From NCBI RefSeq assembly GCF_009914755.1, contig NC_060934.1: a DNA stretch of 64,000 nucleotides. The stretch is one strand, 5' to 3'. This DNA comes from the human T2T-CHM13v2.0 reference genome, Homo sapiens. Position numbers and translations under genes: made by a program. Of this stretch, positions 12,799-27,560 are shown in pieces. The notes beneath the pieces are model-generated. The model made no database searches. It had not been told where the DNA came from and saw only the letters and a list, made by a program, of their open reading frames with translations. Numbering within the stretch: the stretch's first letter is position 1; every line of letters starts with the position of its first letter.

Positions 12799-15274
12799 AG
12801 GCCACCCCTTGTCAACTTGAACCCACACACATCTCCAGAGATCATACATAATCTTCAAATAAAGACAATAATAAGGTCAGAATTCTGACCATGTAACATA
12901 ATACAACTATCCTTGGTACAATTGGAAATGCACCAATCCCAAACCCAAATACTATTACATACAGTTAACAATACTTAAATGCTGATATGAAGTCAATAAA
13001 TCTTATGTCACATGATAAACGAAAAGGAAATACAATGAAGATATTTTCTTAGTACAAGTGTATACATGCACAAACATGTTTTTAACAAAAGAAGGAGGCA
13101 ATACTTGTGACAATTACAGCCCTCATTTCTGTAGCTGGTCATGTGGTCACAGCTGGTATTGATGACTACCTCCGTCTACTATCCATTCTGTATTCCCTTT
13201 GCCTTCAACAAGCACTTCAGCAGGTTGTGGATTTTTTTCCTGGTGGAGTGACCCAAACCTTCATTCCTGAGGGGTCTGGGTCTTTTGTAGTTCTGCCTGG
13301 ATTGGGCTGTTGTAGTTTCTCATTGACCTTAATCACAGGGCATGGTAATACCAAGAGACACCCTAATGGATCTCCAGTATTCCATGCATACACTTCCTTG
13401 CCTCAGTTGTGGAGTAGCAGACTGTTTTTATCTTTATAGTCCTGGTCAATCACCCCAGCCAACACTGTAACTTCCTTCTTAGACTGTTGACTTAAAGGTA
13501 GGAGGAGCCCCAAGTGTCCAGGTGGCAATTTTAACTTTCAGTTTAATGGAATCATTGTTGTGCCTCCTGGTGGCAGCATTCCTCCCTCTGAAACTAAGAC
13601 CTCTAGGCTAGCAGAATGTAATGTTGTGGGAACAGAAAGCCAAAATTTTGCTAGTGGATCACTAGGGGTGATGGTGACTGGTGCCACTTCCATTTCCACC
13701 CCTTGATTCCTGGACCCATGAATCCTGGCTATGGGAGAAACAGTACCATATATTGAATGTTGATTCAGAGCATACACAGCCTTCTGGAAAACTTTGCCCC
13801 AGCCCTGCAAAGTATTGTCACCTAGTTGGCATTGTAATTATCAAGATTTCAAAAGGCCATTCTACAGTTCTATCAATCCAGCTGCTTCAGGATAATGGGG
13901 AATGTGGTAAGACCAGTGAATTCCACGAGCATGAGACCACTGCCACACTTCTTTAGCTGTAAAGTGAGTGCCTTGGTCAGAGGCAATCACGTGTGGAAGA
14001 CCATGATGGTGGATAAGGCATTCCATGAGTCCATGGATGGTAGTCTCGGCAGAAGCATTGCATGCAGGATAGGAAAACCCATATCCAGAGTAAGTGTCTA
14101 TTCCAGTGAGGACAAACCTCTGCCCTTTCCATGATAGAAGAAGTCCAATATAATCAACTTGCCACCAGGTACCTGCTGATCACCCCGAGGAATGCTGTCA
14201 TATCGAGGGCTCAGTGTCGGTCTCTGCTGCGGCAAATTGGGGTGGCTGGGGAAAAAGGCTAAGTAGTGCCCACAGAAGGGGTCATCATATCCACTTGATT
14301 ATTAAAATCCTCCTCTGCTGAGGTCGCCTGTTGGTGAGCACTCACATGGGATACAAATATCTTCACATTTTTTGACCAGTCAGGGAGGTCCATCCACATA
14401 CCTCTTCTCCAAATTTCTTTGTCTCCAATTTTCCAATCATGCTTCTTCCAAGTCCCTGACCATCCAGCCAAACCACTGGCTACAGCCCATGAGTCAGTAT
14501 ATAATCACACATCTGGCCATTTCTCCTTCCATGCCAAGTGCACAACCAGGTACAGTGCTCGAAGTTCTGCCCACTGGGAAGATTTCCCTTCACCTCTGTC
14601 CTTCGGGGATGTCCTAGAAAGGGGCTATAATGCTGCAGCTGTCCACTTCCATGTGGTGCCTGCATATCGTGCAGAACCATCTGTGAACCAGGCCCTAGCC
14701 AACTGATCATAGGGAACTCCCCATGAGGCCATCAGTGCAGGCTGGAGAAGAGAAGGCAGGGTGGAAAGAGTGGAGACCATGGGCATTTGAACCACTTTCT
14801 CATGTAACTTACTTGTGCCTTCAGGACCTGCTCGAGCCCAGTCACATATATTCCACTTCCACTCGATGATGGAATGCTGTTGTGCATGACCCACTTTATG
14901 GCTACATGGCTCAGAAAGCACTCAGTTCATGATAGGCAGTTCAGTTCACATGGTGACTTGGTGACCCATAGTCAAACATTCAGTTTCCACCAAAGCCCAG
15001 TAACAGGCCAAGAGCTGTCTCTCAAAAGGAGAGTAGTTATCTGCAGAAGATGGCAGGGGCTTGCTTCAAATTCCTAGAAGCCTCCACTGTGATTCACCTA
15101 TGGGAGCCTGCCAATGGCTCTAAACAGCATCCTTGTCTGCCACTGACACCTCAAGCACCACTGGATCTGCTGGGTCATATGGCCCAAGTGGCAGAGCAGT
15201 TTGCACAGAGCAGGCAGTCTCAATCAGTTGCAGAGCCTTCTCCTGTTCTGGACTCCACTCCTGGTACCAAAATC
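12799..15274 (-). mobile_element. HERV-L internal region, deleted (RT connection, RNase H, integrase and dUTPase remnants; gag, pro and RT core missing)
   Basis: ORF fragments WFTDGSARYAGT and HVSAHQ..NNQVD (RNase H), and integrase C-terminus running into dUTPase (SLEVLVSEGGMLPPG); PBS region GATTTTGGTACCAGGAGTGG at 15255-15274 (-). Confidence 0.95.
13440..15254 (-). pseudogene. Disrupted HERV-L pol/dUTPase remnant
   Basis: Fragmented ORFs 14625-14921, 14259-14471 and 13538-13810, separated by stops and deletions. Confidence 0.85.
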
Positions 15275-15320
15275 TATATTAGTCAGGGTTCTCTTAGAGG
15301 GACAAAATTAATAGGATAGG

Positions 15321-15365
<45 letters not shown>

Positions 15366-15731
15366 TATATGAGTTTACTAAGTATTAACTTATAGGATCA
15401 CAAGGTCCCACAATAGACTGTCTGCCAGCTGAGGAGCAAGAAGAGCCAGTCCAAGTCCCAAAACTGAAGTCTGGGTTTCTAGGGCAGGAAGCATCCAGCA
15501 CCAGAGAATGATGTAGGCTGGAGGCCCATCTCATCACTTCACATTTTTCTGCCTGCTTTATATTCACTGGTGGCTGATTAGATGGTGTCCACCCAATTAA
15601 GGATGGGTCTGCGTTCCCCAGCCCACTGACTCAAATGTTAATCTCCCTTGGCAACATCCTCACAGACACACCCAGGATCAATATTGCATCTTTCAATCCA
15701 ATCAAGTTGACACTTAATATTAACCATCACA
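15275..15731 (-). mobile_element. MLT2A LTR (5' LTR of HERV-L provirus) containing (CA)n at about 15323-15370
   Basis: TATATTAGTCAGGGTTCTC ... TAACCATCACA, followed by TSD CATGA (15732-15736); homologous to 12359-12798. Confidence 0.95.
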
Positions 15732-16435
15732 CATGATAAATGATCACCAACGTTAGTATCATAGCCATTTAGCCCATCTCTGATAGAACTAAGGCATGGT
15801 GTGAGGCAGAACATTGGCTTTGTGGCATTAATTCCAAATCTCTCATATACCCCAGACACCTTCTGTGGGGCAACCAACTGTGAATCTTCTCTTGCCTTCT
15901 GAACCAGCTTCATTTCACTGAACATGTATTGAGAAGCTACCATATGCAGGGTACAGTTTGTATTTCTTGTACTTCTCTTCTTTAATCTTCCCTCCTATCT
16001 AGCCCCATGATAACATTTCTGGTTCTTGTGAGAATGGCCCATGTTGGCTCCTTTGCAGGGAGTTAGGCCTTTTAACAGCTGTGCAAGTAGATATATCAGG
16101 ATATTTTTCCACAGACACAGATGTTTTATTTATAGGGCCCCATTCACTTCTCATTAAGATGCTAGAGAGAGGAAGGAAGAGTTGAGAAAAGCCAGAAGAC
16201 ATTGTAGAGAAAAAAAAAAGAAAAAAATTAGAATTAAAATGTGAGGGTGGAGGGGTGCAGAAATGCCCAGAAACATCCTCAATCAGCTCCATGAAAACAG
16301 GAACCATATCTGTTATGTCCCTCCCATCTTCTTAGTTCCTTGAACATCATCGGACAGATATCTGTCTTCTGGATAAATAAAGTTAAAAAGAACTAGGCAC
16401 GATCAGAGTTTGGTGAAAAACAAAACAACTTCAAC

Positions 16436-16830
16436 TGTATTAGTCTTTCATGCTGTGATAAAGACATACCCAAGGCTGGGTTATTTACAAAGAAAAAGAG
16501 GTTTAATGGACTCACAGTTCCATGTAGCTGGGAGGCCTCACAATCATAGTGGAAGGCAAAAGGCACGTCTTACATGGCAGAAGACAAGAGAGAATGAGAA
16601 CCAAGTGAAAGGAGTTTCCCCTTCAAAAACCATCAGAACTCACAAGACTTATTCACTATTACTAGAACAGTATGGGGGAAACTGTCCCTGTGATTCAATT
16701 ATTTCCTACCTGAATATCTCCTAATTGAAACTCCCTTTGGGGGAGTTCAAATCTCTCCCAAAAGATGTGGGAATTATGGGAGCTACAATTCAAGATGAGA
16801 TTTGGGTGGGGACACAGCCAAACTATATCA
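16436..16830 (-). mobile_element. THE1 (THE1C-like) solo LTR
   Basis: TGTATTAGTC ... GGGGACACAGCCAAACTATATCA; perfect 5-bp TSD TCAAC on both sides. Confidence 0.95.
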
Positions 16831-18239
16831 TCAACTAATTATTTTCTAGAAAATATAGACATTTTATACAACTATTTCCTCTTTTTTTAAAAAAAAAAAG
16901 GATCTAAGGTTTGAATTTAAAGTCAGGGATTGATGCACAGGAGATGTAGCTATAGGCAGCCAGGGCTGTGCACAGTAGGGGAGAAAGAAAAGTGGAAAGA
17001 CATCCCAGTTGCTTTTTCACCGATTGGGTATGCCTTTTTCAATAAATCCTCATTTCCAGGGACAAGACTCTTCCAAGGGCCAAAAGCCTCAATAAAATTT
17101 GCATTTCCATATAGTTCTATTAAAAAATGAGCAAAATGTATTCTGTGGCCTAATTTTATTATTTTTTGTTTTATTTTTAAAGCACAATCAGCAATTTTAA
17201 AGACTGGGGCCTACAGTTGGATGCAATGTGAAGTCTTCTGAAGTTAATATGCTGAAAAGTGAATCATTAAACTTAATTTAACTACATCCAGTTGTGTTCT
17301 CCAGACCAAAGAATGGTTTTATTCTACTAATTATCCCATGGTTTTCATGGCTTGGGTTTCTTCCATGAGCCACTTCAGTATGAAAGCAGGCAACTAAGCA
17401 CTCTATTCACAAAACAGGGAAACCTGAATTTGCCATCACTCATGTCAAATGGTCAATTAGGTTCCCAGACAGACCTCAGTGCCATGTGTTATGGTAATGA
17501 ACAAAATAAGTATAAGATATTAGATCGTTACAGTATTCCATGCATTAACCTTCAAATTAACCCTGCATTAGACACTCACAACCTTTTCTAGGTTCAAATC
17601 TAATGTCACTTATTTTACCATGACTCATAATTACCAAAGTCAGCTTCCATCCAATGTGATTAGTTCCTTGGCCCTGGAGCCCACCAGTAGGTGGAACCTC
17701 TGTACCAACCAGTGACTTAGTGACAGATTGCTGGACTGTGACTCAGGAAGTATACAGAGGACCCTTTATTTCAGTGCCTCTCCAAATACTTGGCAATATT
17801 CATTCCCCTGCAGCTATTTACCAGCCACAAAATCTACAACTCCCTGTCCCATAATTTTCACTGAGCATTTCTTCCTGCCTCTCTTCTCTTCACGTTTTGT
17901 TAATTCAACTGATGGGTGTCGAGCATCTATCATATCCCAGCAGAAACTGTTCCAAGTGCAGGGGCAGAGTGACAGAAAGATATTCATAGTCCTTGGCTGT
18001 GTGGAGTTTATATTGCAGGAGGATAGGTGGAAAAGGAAGAGAAACACATTCAAATAGAAAGAAGAAGATGGAGGAGGAAGAGGAAAAAGAGAGGAAGGGG
18101 GGAGGAGGAGAAATACAAATATTATATAATTTGTGACAATAATTTTTAATCAATTCCCATTTCTTACTTTAAGCTTCTTTAAATTTGTCATTTAATTAGT
18201 GACCATTATCAGCATTTACAAATGGTAGTTCAATAAATT

Positions 18240-18665
18240 CACTCAACATCCCTAAGAAGTGGTTACTGATCCCTTTTTATAGATGAGGAGACTGAATTTA
18301 AGTATATGATAAAATAATAATAACAACAACAGCAACAACAATATTAATGAAATCTAAGATATACTGATATATGCCAAGAATTTACTCACAGTTTTATTCA
18401 AGCTTATGATAATCCAATGAGGCACTATTATCCCCATTTTACCGTTGAAGAATGGAAGCTCTGAGAGTTCAGCCCTCTCCAGAGATTACAAAGCTATCAA
18501 TTAAGAGAGCCAGAATATAAACCTAAATCAAACTCTCTCCAAAGTCTTTATTCTTAAGCAAATATGAGAAAACTGAAGCCCAGAAAGGTTAGATCTTGCC
18601 CTATAATACACAAGTGGAAGAAGAGTTGAACCCACACCCAGATTCCAAAATCCATGTTCTCCCTC
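18240..18665 (-). mobile_element. Cluster of MIR fragments
   Basis: Repeated MIR cores (ATAGATGAGGAGACTGA; TATTATCCCCATTTT; GAGAAAACTGAAGCCCAGA). Confidence 0.65.
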
Positions 18666-19038
18666 TTACCCATGAAAGATTACTCTTCTCCAAATTCTAG
18701 GCTACACTCTGAAGAAGTTCTTATTTTTTTCACTACTACCCTGAATATCCCCCGTGTGGAGCCTTATCTCACAGGCAGAAAGTAGATAGTAGATACAGCA
18801 GAAGATATAGCTGCCACCTGCCTCAGTCCTCTCACACAAAGGGCAGGCAGCCTTTCCTCTCTCCTTTGCCAACTTCTGAGTCTCCTTGTCTCTGAGCCCC
18901 TCCTCATCTGCACAGCCTTCTTCCACTTTGGTGCATGACTGGGCACTTCCTACTCACAGCCCTTCAGTTCTTACCAGCTCCTGGGGCACCATATCCATCT
19001 GTGCTTGCATGTGCTGTTCTGGCAATGCTCCTAAATCT

Positions 19039-19107
19039 CGCGCGTGAGTGCGTGTGTGTGTGTGTGCGTGTGTGTGTGTGTGTGTGTGTATGAGTGTGTG
19101 CGTGCAT
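19039..19107. repeat. (TG)n microsatellite with CG interruptions
   Basis: About 70 bp of mostly alternating purine-pyrimidine sequence. Confidence 0.95.
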
Positions 19108-20172
19108 GTTAATGAATCTGGAGCAAATTGTCACAGGCAAGACAACCAAGGACAAGGAGATAAGCATAAAGCGTGAAAGTGGCAGGTGATAGAAAAGGAC
19201 ACAAAGATGTATCACAGTGACAGAAGACAGGGAAGTCTTCAGAGCCAAGGGACAAGGGTCTTCAAGAAGCATAAGATGCTGAGGAATGGTTTCCTGTTCA
19301 TTGTGCTAGGCACCATATTAATTACACCAGAAACTTTTTGTTTTGAACTTCTTTATTTATCCTGTAAGGAAAACACTTGTTTCCTATTATACAGAAGAAG
19401 AAAAAATATATGGAGTAGAAAGCAAAATTTCAAAGGTCACATAGTGAATAAGTGAAGGAGTCAGGGTTTAAAAATGTATTGCTACAACATTAAAACTTGT
19501 TTTCTATACTAAAATTTTCCACTGAGACAAATATGACAGAAGAGTTACTGAGATTGAAGAGTGAGTGAGGGCCTCCTTCATTGGTAACTCAGACATAGGT
19601 GATCCTATAAGTTACTATCCATGCTAGGATACTTTTGAGATGAAAGCAAGTACTCTTAATAACATGTCAAGACAACAGGTATGAAGGAGATGTTTAATCT
19701 CCCTACTAAGAGGGAACTGTTGACCGAAAAAGTAGTCCTAGTAGAACCCTGAGGTGGAAGGCAGATAGCAGTGGACTAAAGAGGTAAGAAGAGATGAAGA
19801 AAAGCAGAAAATGAGAGCAGATCATGTTACTTAAAAAATAATTTCTGGACACCAGAGGAACGATACTGAAAATTTTATGAGGGTGCTAGGTCTGGCTTAA
19901 CTGTGAACTCGGTGATGGCAGAGACCATGTGCATTTCTTCATTGTTGTATCCCTAACACCTCCTACAAAGCCTGAAATCTAGAGGCACTTAATACATAAA
20001 TTTTAACTAAATAACAGGGAGTCAGAAATTGCTCTTATATGGCAGAAGAATGCTGAGGATAATTGTAGGAAGAAGGGGTGAATATTATAAAGATGAGTTA
20101 AAAATAATAATGAGAGAGATGATAAATAAAATAGGAGGGATTATTGGTAAATGGCCTTAAGAGTTCAAGTGA

Positions 20173-20454
<282 letters not shown>

Positions 20455-22127
20455 AAAGGGTAACTCTTTTTTTTAGTGAAGTAATAACATGATGCTATAA
20501 TGACTGTATGACATACAGATAGGAGATAACTTTTCATCAGTGGTGAGGACTGAATGATAGCAATATACATGAAATATTTTCAGAAAATATGTACTGTGTG
20601 TACCTCATGCCTGGAACCCTAAACAAGCACCACCCAAAGAAGCTGAATCCTTTCCACTGAATACCTCCAGGGTGGTGGTTAACTAGCTATGTAGAGCCTA
20701 AGCAGACAAAATTTCCTTGGACTGGGTTTCTAGCAATATGGGTATTCCCTGCTTGGCCAGGACTTACTGAGAGCCCTTGAATAATCTGCTTCCCCTTGCA
20801 GCACCAAATGGGATTTTGAACCAGATAATAAGTTCCCACAGGACTGAAGGCCCTGTGCCAAGACAATGACCAAGTTTTCAGTAAAATGATAAAAATCAGA
20901 AAAAAAGAGTTCAGTTTTTCATGGGTCTAAATTTACTCCATTTAATAACTATTCCTATTCTGAATCATGTATTTCCCCATGTACATTTTTCTTTTTATGA
21001 AATCCATCTCTAACAGCTGGATGTCTGATTTCGGTGTTTCATATTTTAGGGACCTGACTTAAGAAATTTATTTCCCAAATTATATGCTTTCTTGAAATTT
21101 ACCTGGATTTTACAACAGGTGGATCTGGAGCCCATTGAGCTAGAGCACCTGTAAGGTTCTGGGCTCTGTGACTTGCTTGACAAAACTTGAGATTCTGAAC
21201 TTCCTTTGATGGCTGAGTTTTGAAAGGAGAAGAGGCTGCAGACTCTTACTGATGCCTATGGAAGTCCAGACAACCAAATAATTGATACTTCTTGATTGGG
21301 AGAGTGTGAATGAAGAGTTTTGGGGGATAAATATCCTCTCTAGATGTGTCCACCTCATAACAGTAATAAATTATTTATGTTTACCTACACAACATGCCAG
21401 AGAAAGTCCTCAAATGTCCATAAGGAACAACCTGAAAGTCTGTCCTGGGAATGGACATGTGACTCGCTAGGAGAAAATAAAAGAGACAGAGAATGAGGGA
21501 AAAGAGTAAAACAGTGTGAATTAAAGCTTGAGTCTATGAGTTCAGGCTTGGTGTGTCAGTTGAATTATGGAATGAGCAGGATAGCTTGAGGTCATCAAGA
21601 AGCAGGAAGATGCATGTACTAGATAGACAGATAATTATCCTAAATAAATTCCCTGAAGTAGATATAATTGGTTCAGGCTGGAAGCAAAAATAGTTTTTGT
21701 TGCTGCAAAACTAATTTTTGTGCTAGGTTTTGCTTTGGTCTTTAGCAGCTTATACATAGCACCTGGCTGTGGAAGCCATAGTGAGACAGAACCTTCAGGG
21801 GAAGAAAAAATTGAAACATTTCCCAGGATGCTGAGTTTAAGAGATGACTGTCTAATGAAGAAATGGAATCCATTATGGGATGTTTCATCAAGATATACTC
21901 AAATAGAGGACCTCGTGTATTCAGAGAAACTTCCCCAGGGGAGTTCAGTGACATATGCAATAAAGCCCCCTTTAAGAAAAGACACCATTGCAAAATTTTG
22001 CATTTTAAATAAGGTCAACTTTAGGCTTTTTTTTTAATGAATAGCTTGGGAAAAGAAGCAACTGCACTCCTTTAAATGGGTAGGTCTCCTTGTACAACTT
22101 AAATATGACACAATGTATACAGAACTT

Positions 22128-22270
22128 TGTTAGTCTGATCAGGCTGCCACAACAAAATACCACAGACTGGGTGGCTGAAACAAAAGACATTTATTTTCTC
22201 AGAGCTTTGGAGCTAGAAGATCAAGGTTCCAGCTGATTTGGTTTCTGATGAGGGCTCTCCCCCTGGCTTC
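22128..22270 (-). mobile_element. MLT1A/B LTR fragment
   Basis: GGCTGCCACAACAAAATACCACAGACTGGGTGGCT ... GTTTCTGATGAGGGCTCTC. Confidence 0.75.
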
Positions 22271-22913
22271 CATACATGGAACAATGCAAGTGACCCACTT
22301 TCCACACCAGATGCCTTAGAAACAGCTTTCCAGGGATGGTACTGGATAATGCTGATTCATGCACACTCTCCTTCAGCTTGTTCCATAGTGATCAGTGCTA
22401 CAGACTAGGAAATTATTTCTCACATATCTTGCAAAAAGAGAAGAATGGGCCATGCCAGAAAACAGACTGATGGGATCCGAGATATGGTACTAAACATACC
22501 TGCTGCAGGAGTGAGCAGCACAGAAACACAGCAGCAGAGCAGTGAGGTGGAAAGTAAGGTGAGACATAATGGTCCAGGTAGTGTCACCTCCACAGAGTAC
22601 AGCAAAAAGAGTCTCTTTCACCATGTGAAATGAATATGAACTTGTGCCAGCTTAGGGTGAGAATAATATGGAAATTCAAGCAGACAACTGGCATCAAAAT
22701 ATGCAAATGTGGCTGGCTCCAGGGGTAGAACTTCAGGTAGGGCAAAGGTAAGAGGGAGAAAACTGATATTCAGTAAACATCTAATTTTTACAAGGCACGC
22801 TTTATAATCTATTGAATTTACTTTTCATAATACTACAAGACAGTATTTTAAACCATTTAAACTACTTTTAACAGATAAAACAAATGAGGTTGAGAGAAGC
22901 CAAAGAACCTGCC

Positions 22914-23481
22914 TGTATTAATCAGTTTCTCCAGAGAAACAGAAACAATAGAACAGAATAGAATATAGTAGAGTAGAATAGGATAGAATAGAATAGAATA
23001 GAGAATAGAATACAGTAGAGGATAACAGAATAATAGAGATTTATTGTGAGGGATTGCCTCACACAATTATAGAATTATAGAAGCTGAGAAGTCTTATGAT
23101 CTGCAAGCTGGAGGCTGAGAAACATCCCTAGAACAATTCAGTTAAAACCCTACACTCCGAGAACCAGGGAGCCAATCATGTAAGTCTCAGTGAGTGGAAA
23201 GGTCTAAAACCAGGGACACTGACATCTGAGGGCAAAAGACGTCCCAGCTCAAGAAAAGAGCAACTTCACCCTTCCTCCACCTTTTTATTCTATTTAGGTC
23301 CTCAACAAATTGAATGATGCCTATTTGTGTTGGTGAGGGCAATCTTCTTTACTCAGTCTTCCTCTCCAAATGCTAACCTCTTCCAAAAACATCCTCATAG
23401 ACACGTCCAGAAATAATATCTTACCAGCTATCTGGGCACCTCTTAACTAAGTCAAGCTGACACATAAAATTAACCATTATA
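22914..23481 (-). mobile_element. MLT2 (MLT2C/D-like) solo LTR with (ATAGA)n at about 22948-23035, inserted in a MIR
   Basis: TGTATTAATCAGTTTCTCCAGAGAAACAG ... ACATAAAATTAACCATTATA; MIR halves at about 22770-22913 and 23482-23570. Confidence 0.85.
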
Positions 23482-24333
23482 GTCCCCAAAGTGACAGAAC
23501 TGATTGATTAGTGGTAGGCTCAGGATTTGAATAAGGTTTCTGTGACTCCAAAGCCATTGTCTCTCCACTGGGAGACCAAGCACAAAACAAAAGCTGGAGA
23601 TAAAACAGAAGCTCAATTCTCAGGCTTGAAAAATTAAGGCTAAGATGTTCCTAGAAGTGGTACACAAAGGGGAAAGAGAGATAGCAGAAAGGGTACTTGG
23701 TATCAATACAGTAATCACCTAGAGCCCTCTAAATCCTCTCAACCAGGGAAGGGTTTAGTCCTGAAGCCTGATGTGTGATTGCTCCTGGAGGTGGAAATCA
23801 AAGAGCTCAGTTTTCAGATTTGAGGAACTGAGGAGTGGAAAAAGAAGCCTCAGACACCCGTAGATATGGGGCAGGCTTACAGATAATGGCCATGACCATG
23901 GAACAAAGCAAATTTTTGATCCACTTGGGGACTGAATGCAGGACTTCAAACCTAATTTGAGTTGAGCTTTAACTGAACTAATCAATCTGACTATCTGAGG
24001 CTGTAGTGTTCAAAACAATATGTGGAGAGGGCAAATAACTTGCAGGCCAGTGCAGGGGTCAGCATGCACATTATCCTCTTGACACAGCAGCATGGAGCTT
24101 TCATTAAAAGAAAAAAAAACCTCTAGTGGGATATTTGTAGCATGTTTGAAATTGAAGATAATTCTCAGCACAGAGAATAATTTATGTCAGGCTTTGTCAT
24201 ACAAGAGACATAACTTGGAAAAGTCAGGGAGAGTCACTAAGTTCTAGGAAGACAGAGTTCCTGAAGAACTGCTGGTGTGTGTATTTCCTATTATGGTGAC
24301 AAGCCTGGGATTGAAATTGTGAGGATCTTCTAA

Positions 24334-25492
<1,159 letters not shown>

Positions 25493-26419
25493 ATGAAAAG
25501 ATCAGAGACACTAAAGGTAAGCTGTTCTCATAACAAAATAGAATTACAGGACAGTTTGGGGCAGCCTGAGCCAAGTGGTAAAGGATATGTCAATGCAACA
25601 GAGTGCTGGGACCCAACCAGGGAGACCCTAGAATTCTGTGAAAGGAGCAACCTTGCATGATACAACTTTCTGTTTCCTCCCCACTCAGCAGAGAACCTCT
25701 TTCTGAGGTGGCAAAATCAAACTTCCTTAATTTACTTCCCTTGTACATAGACCCTGGCCTGGACACACTGATCCCCGAGTCCCTACCACTCCAGCAACTA
25801 AGTGGAATCCACATGCCTGCCTTTAGTATCAATGGTGGGGAAGCAAGGGAGGGTCTTCCCCAGGAATTCAGGAATTGATAGATTGCAAGTCAGTTTGCGT
25901 TCTTAGATTTTTCTCCCTTGGCCTTCTCTAAAGAAAACCATTGGTAATTGCTGGATGCATAAATGACGTCTACAGAAACATGCTGTACCCAGCAATGTGG
26001 AGGTTAGTTGGAAAATTCCCCTGCTGGACTCCCTAGTAATGTTCTTTTATTTCTTAACAAATGACACTGCCAGCTGTTGAAACTTGAGGGTCTGATCTTG
26101 CAAGTTTTCTAATGATCTCCCTGAACACCTTTCCTTGAAAAATCTCTCTCTTGGCCAGAGGCATGTGCCCTTCACCACTGCATGCAAACATATCACAGGC
26201 TTCTCTCACTCCCTGGAAAAGGAAAAAAATGATATGGAGAGAAAATTCTAATCAGAACCTGGACAGTTAAATCCCAATCCAGACACTCCAACCAACTAAC
26301 TTTTGGACCTGTCAGTGTCTCACCTGTAGAATGGCCATGGCAATCCCCAGTCTACCAACCTCAGGATTGCAACATGGAGGCAAGGTGATCATTAAGGTGC
26401 TTCGGGAAACATAACACTT

Positions 26420-26650
26420 GCAGCTGACATTTATTTAGTGGAAACTTTATGTCACATATTTTTCTGAGCACTTTACATGTGTTGTCTCATAGGTATACAC
26501 TATTATTACCCCACTTACCCATATGGAAACTGAAACAAAAAATAAGTTAAGTATTTACCAATGGTCACACAGTGAGTAGTGGCAGATAGAAGACTGGAAG
26601 ATCTAGGCAGTGGGTTCCAGAGACCAAGGGCTTTACCTTGGTGTTCTCCA
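26420..26650 (-). mobile_element. MIR
   Basis: ACATTTATTTAGTG ... GGAAACTGAAACA ... GGTCACACAGTGAGTAGTGGCAGA. Confidence 0.7.
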
Positions 26651-27245
26651 GCTATTGTGTTACCGCTGGTTAATATTGAGAAATTATCTCAAAAGGGAAT
26701 CTCCATTTTCTACTCCCCACTTCCACCCTAAACATTCATATATAGCTACCATCAAGCTCCATATATCCACCAGACTCTCTTAAAAGCACTGCCTTTATTG
26801 TCCCTACTTTTCATGATTGCAACAAGACAACATTCAGATTCTACTCTGTACCAGTTGCACACAAAGCATCATAACCTCCTGAATCAAGGGATCTTCACAT
26901 GGCTCCACATGGCTAGGAGAACTTACTCCATGTGGAAGGCTATGGAATGTTTCCTGCATCCCCAAACTCTGGTCAGAGAAGCTGAGTAAGAAGAACAGGC
27001 AGAGACAAAGGCATGCATGAATATGAGAGTAGGACTTAGGGGACAGACAAAGTTCAAATGGGTGAGGATGAGATACCATGATTGGCTTTTTAGCTGCCAT
27101 ATTCAAAGTTCTCATCATAGAAGTTCTCACTTTGGGTGGGCCTCAATACCAAAACTATTTACTTTGAAGCCCTTCACAAAAAACGTTTTTCCACTTCCCC
27201 CTGATTTAGAAGAGTTTAGTCCTTTGCAGATATTAAAAAATTTGT

Positions 27246-27560
27246 GGCTGGGTGTGGTGGCTCATGCCTGTAATCCCAGCACTTTGGGAGGTCAAGGCAG
27301 GCGGATCACCTCAGGTTAGGAGTTCAAGACCAGCCTGGTCAACATGGTGAAACTCGGACTCTAATAAAAATACAAAAATTATCGGGGCATGGTAGTGGTT
27401 GCCTGTAATCCCAGCTAATCAGGAGGCTGAGACAAGAGAATTGCTTGAACCCAGGAGGTAGAGATTGCAGTCAGCCAAGACTGAGCCACTGTACTTCAGC
27501 CTGGATGACAGAGCAAGACTCGGTGTCAAAAAAATAAAAAATAAAAAATAAACATAAAAA
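27246..27560 (+). mobile_element. Alu (AluS)
   Basis: GGCTGGGTGTGGTGGCTCATGCCTGTAATCCCAGC; dimer structure; A-rich tail. Confidence 0.95.

Noticed and set aside
22948-23035. Regular short repeats resembling an array
   Set aside because: This is an (ATAGA)n microsatellite inside an MLT2 LTR. It has no unique spacers and is not CRISPR-like.
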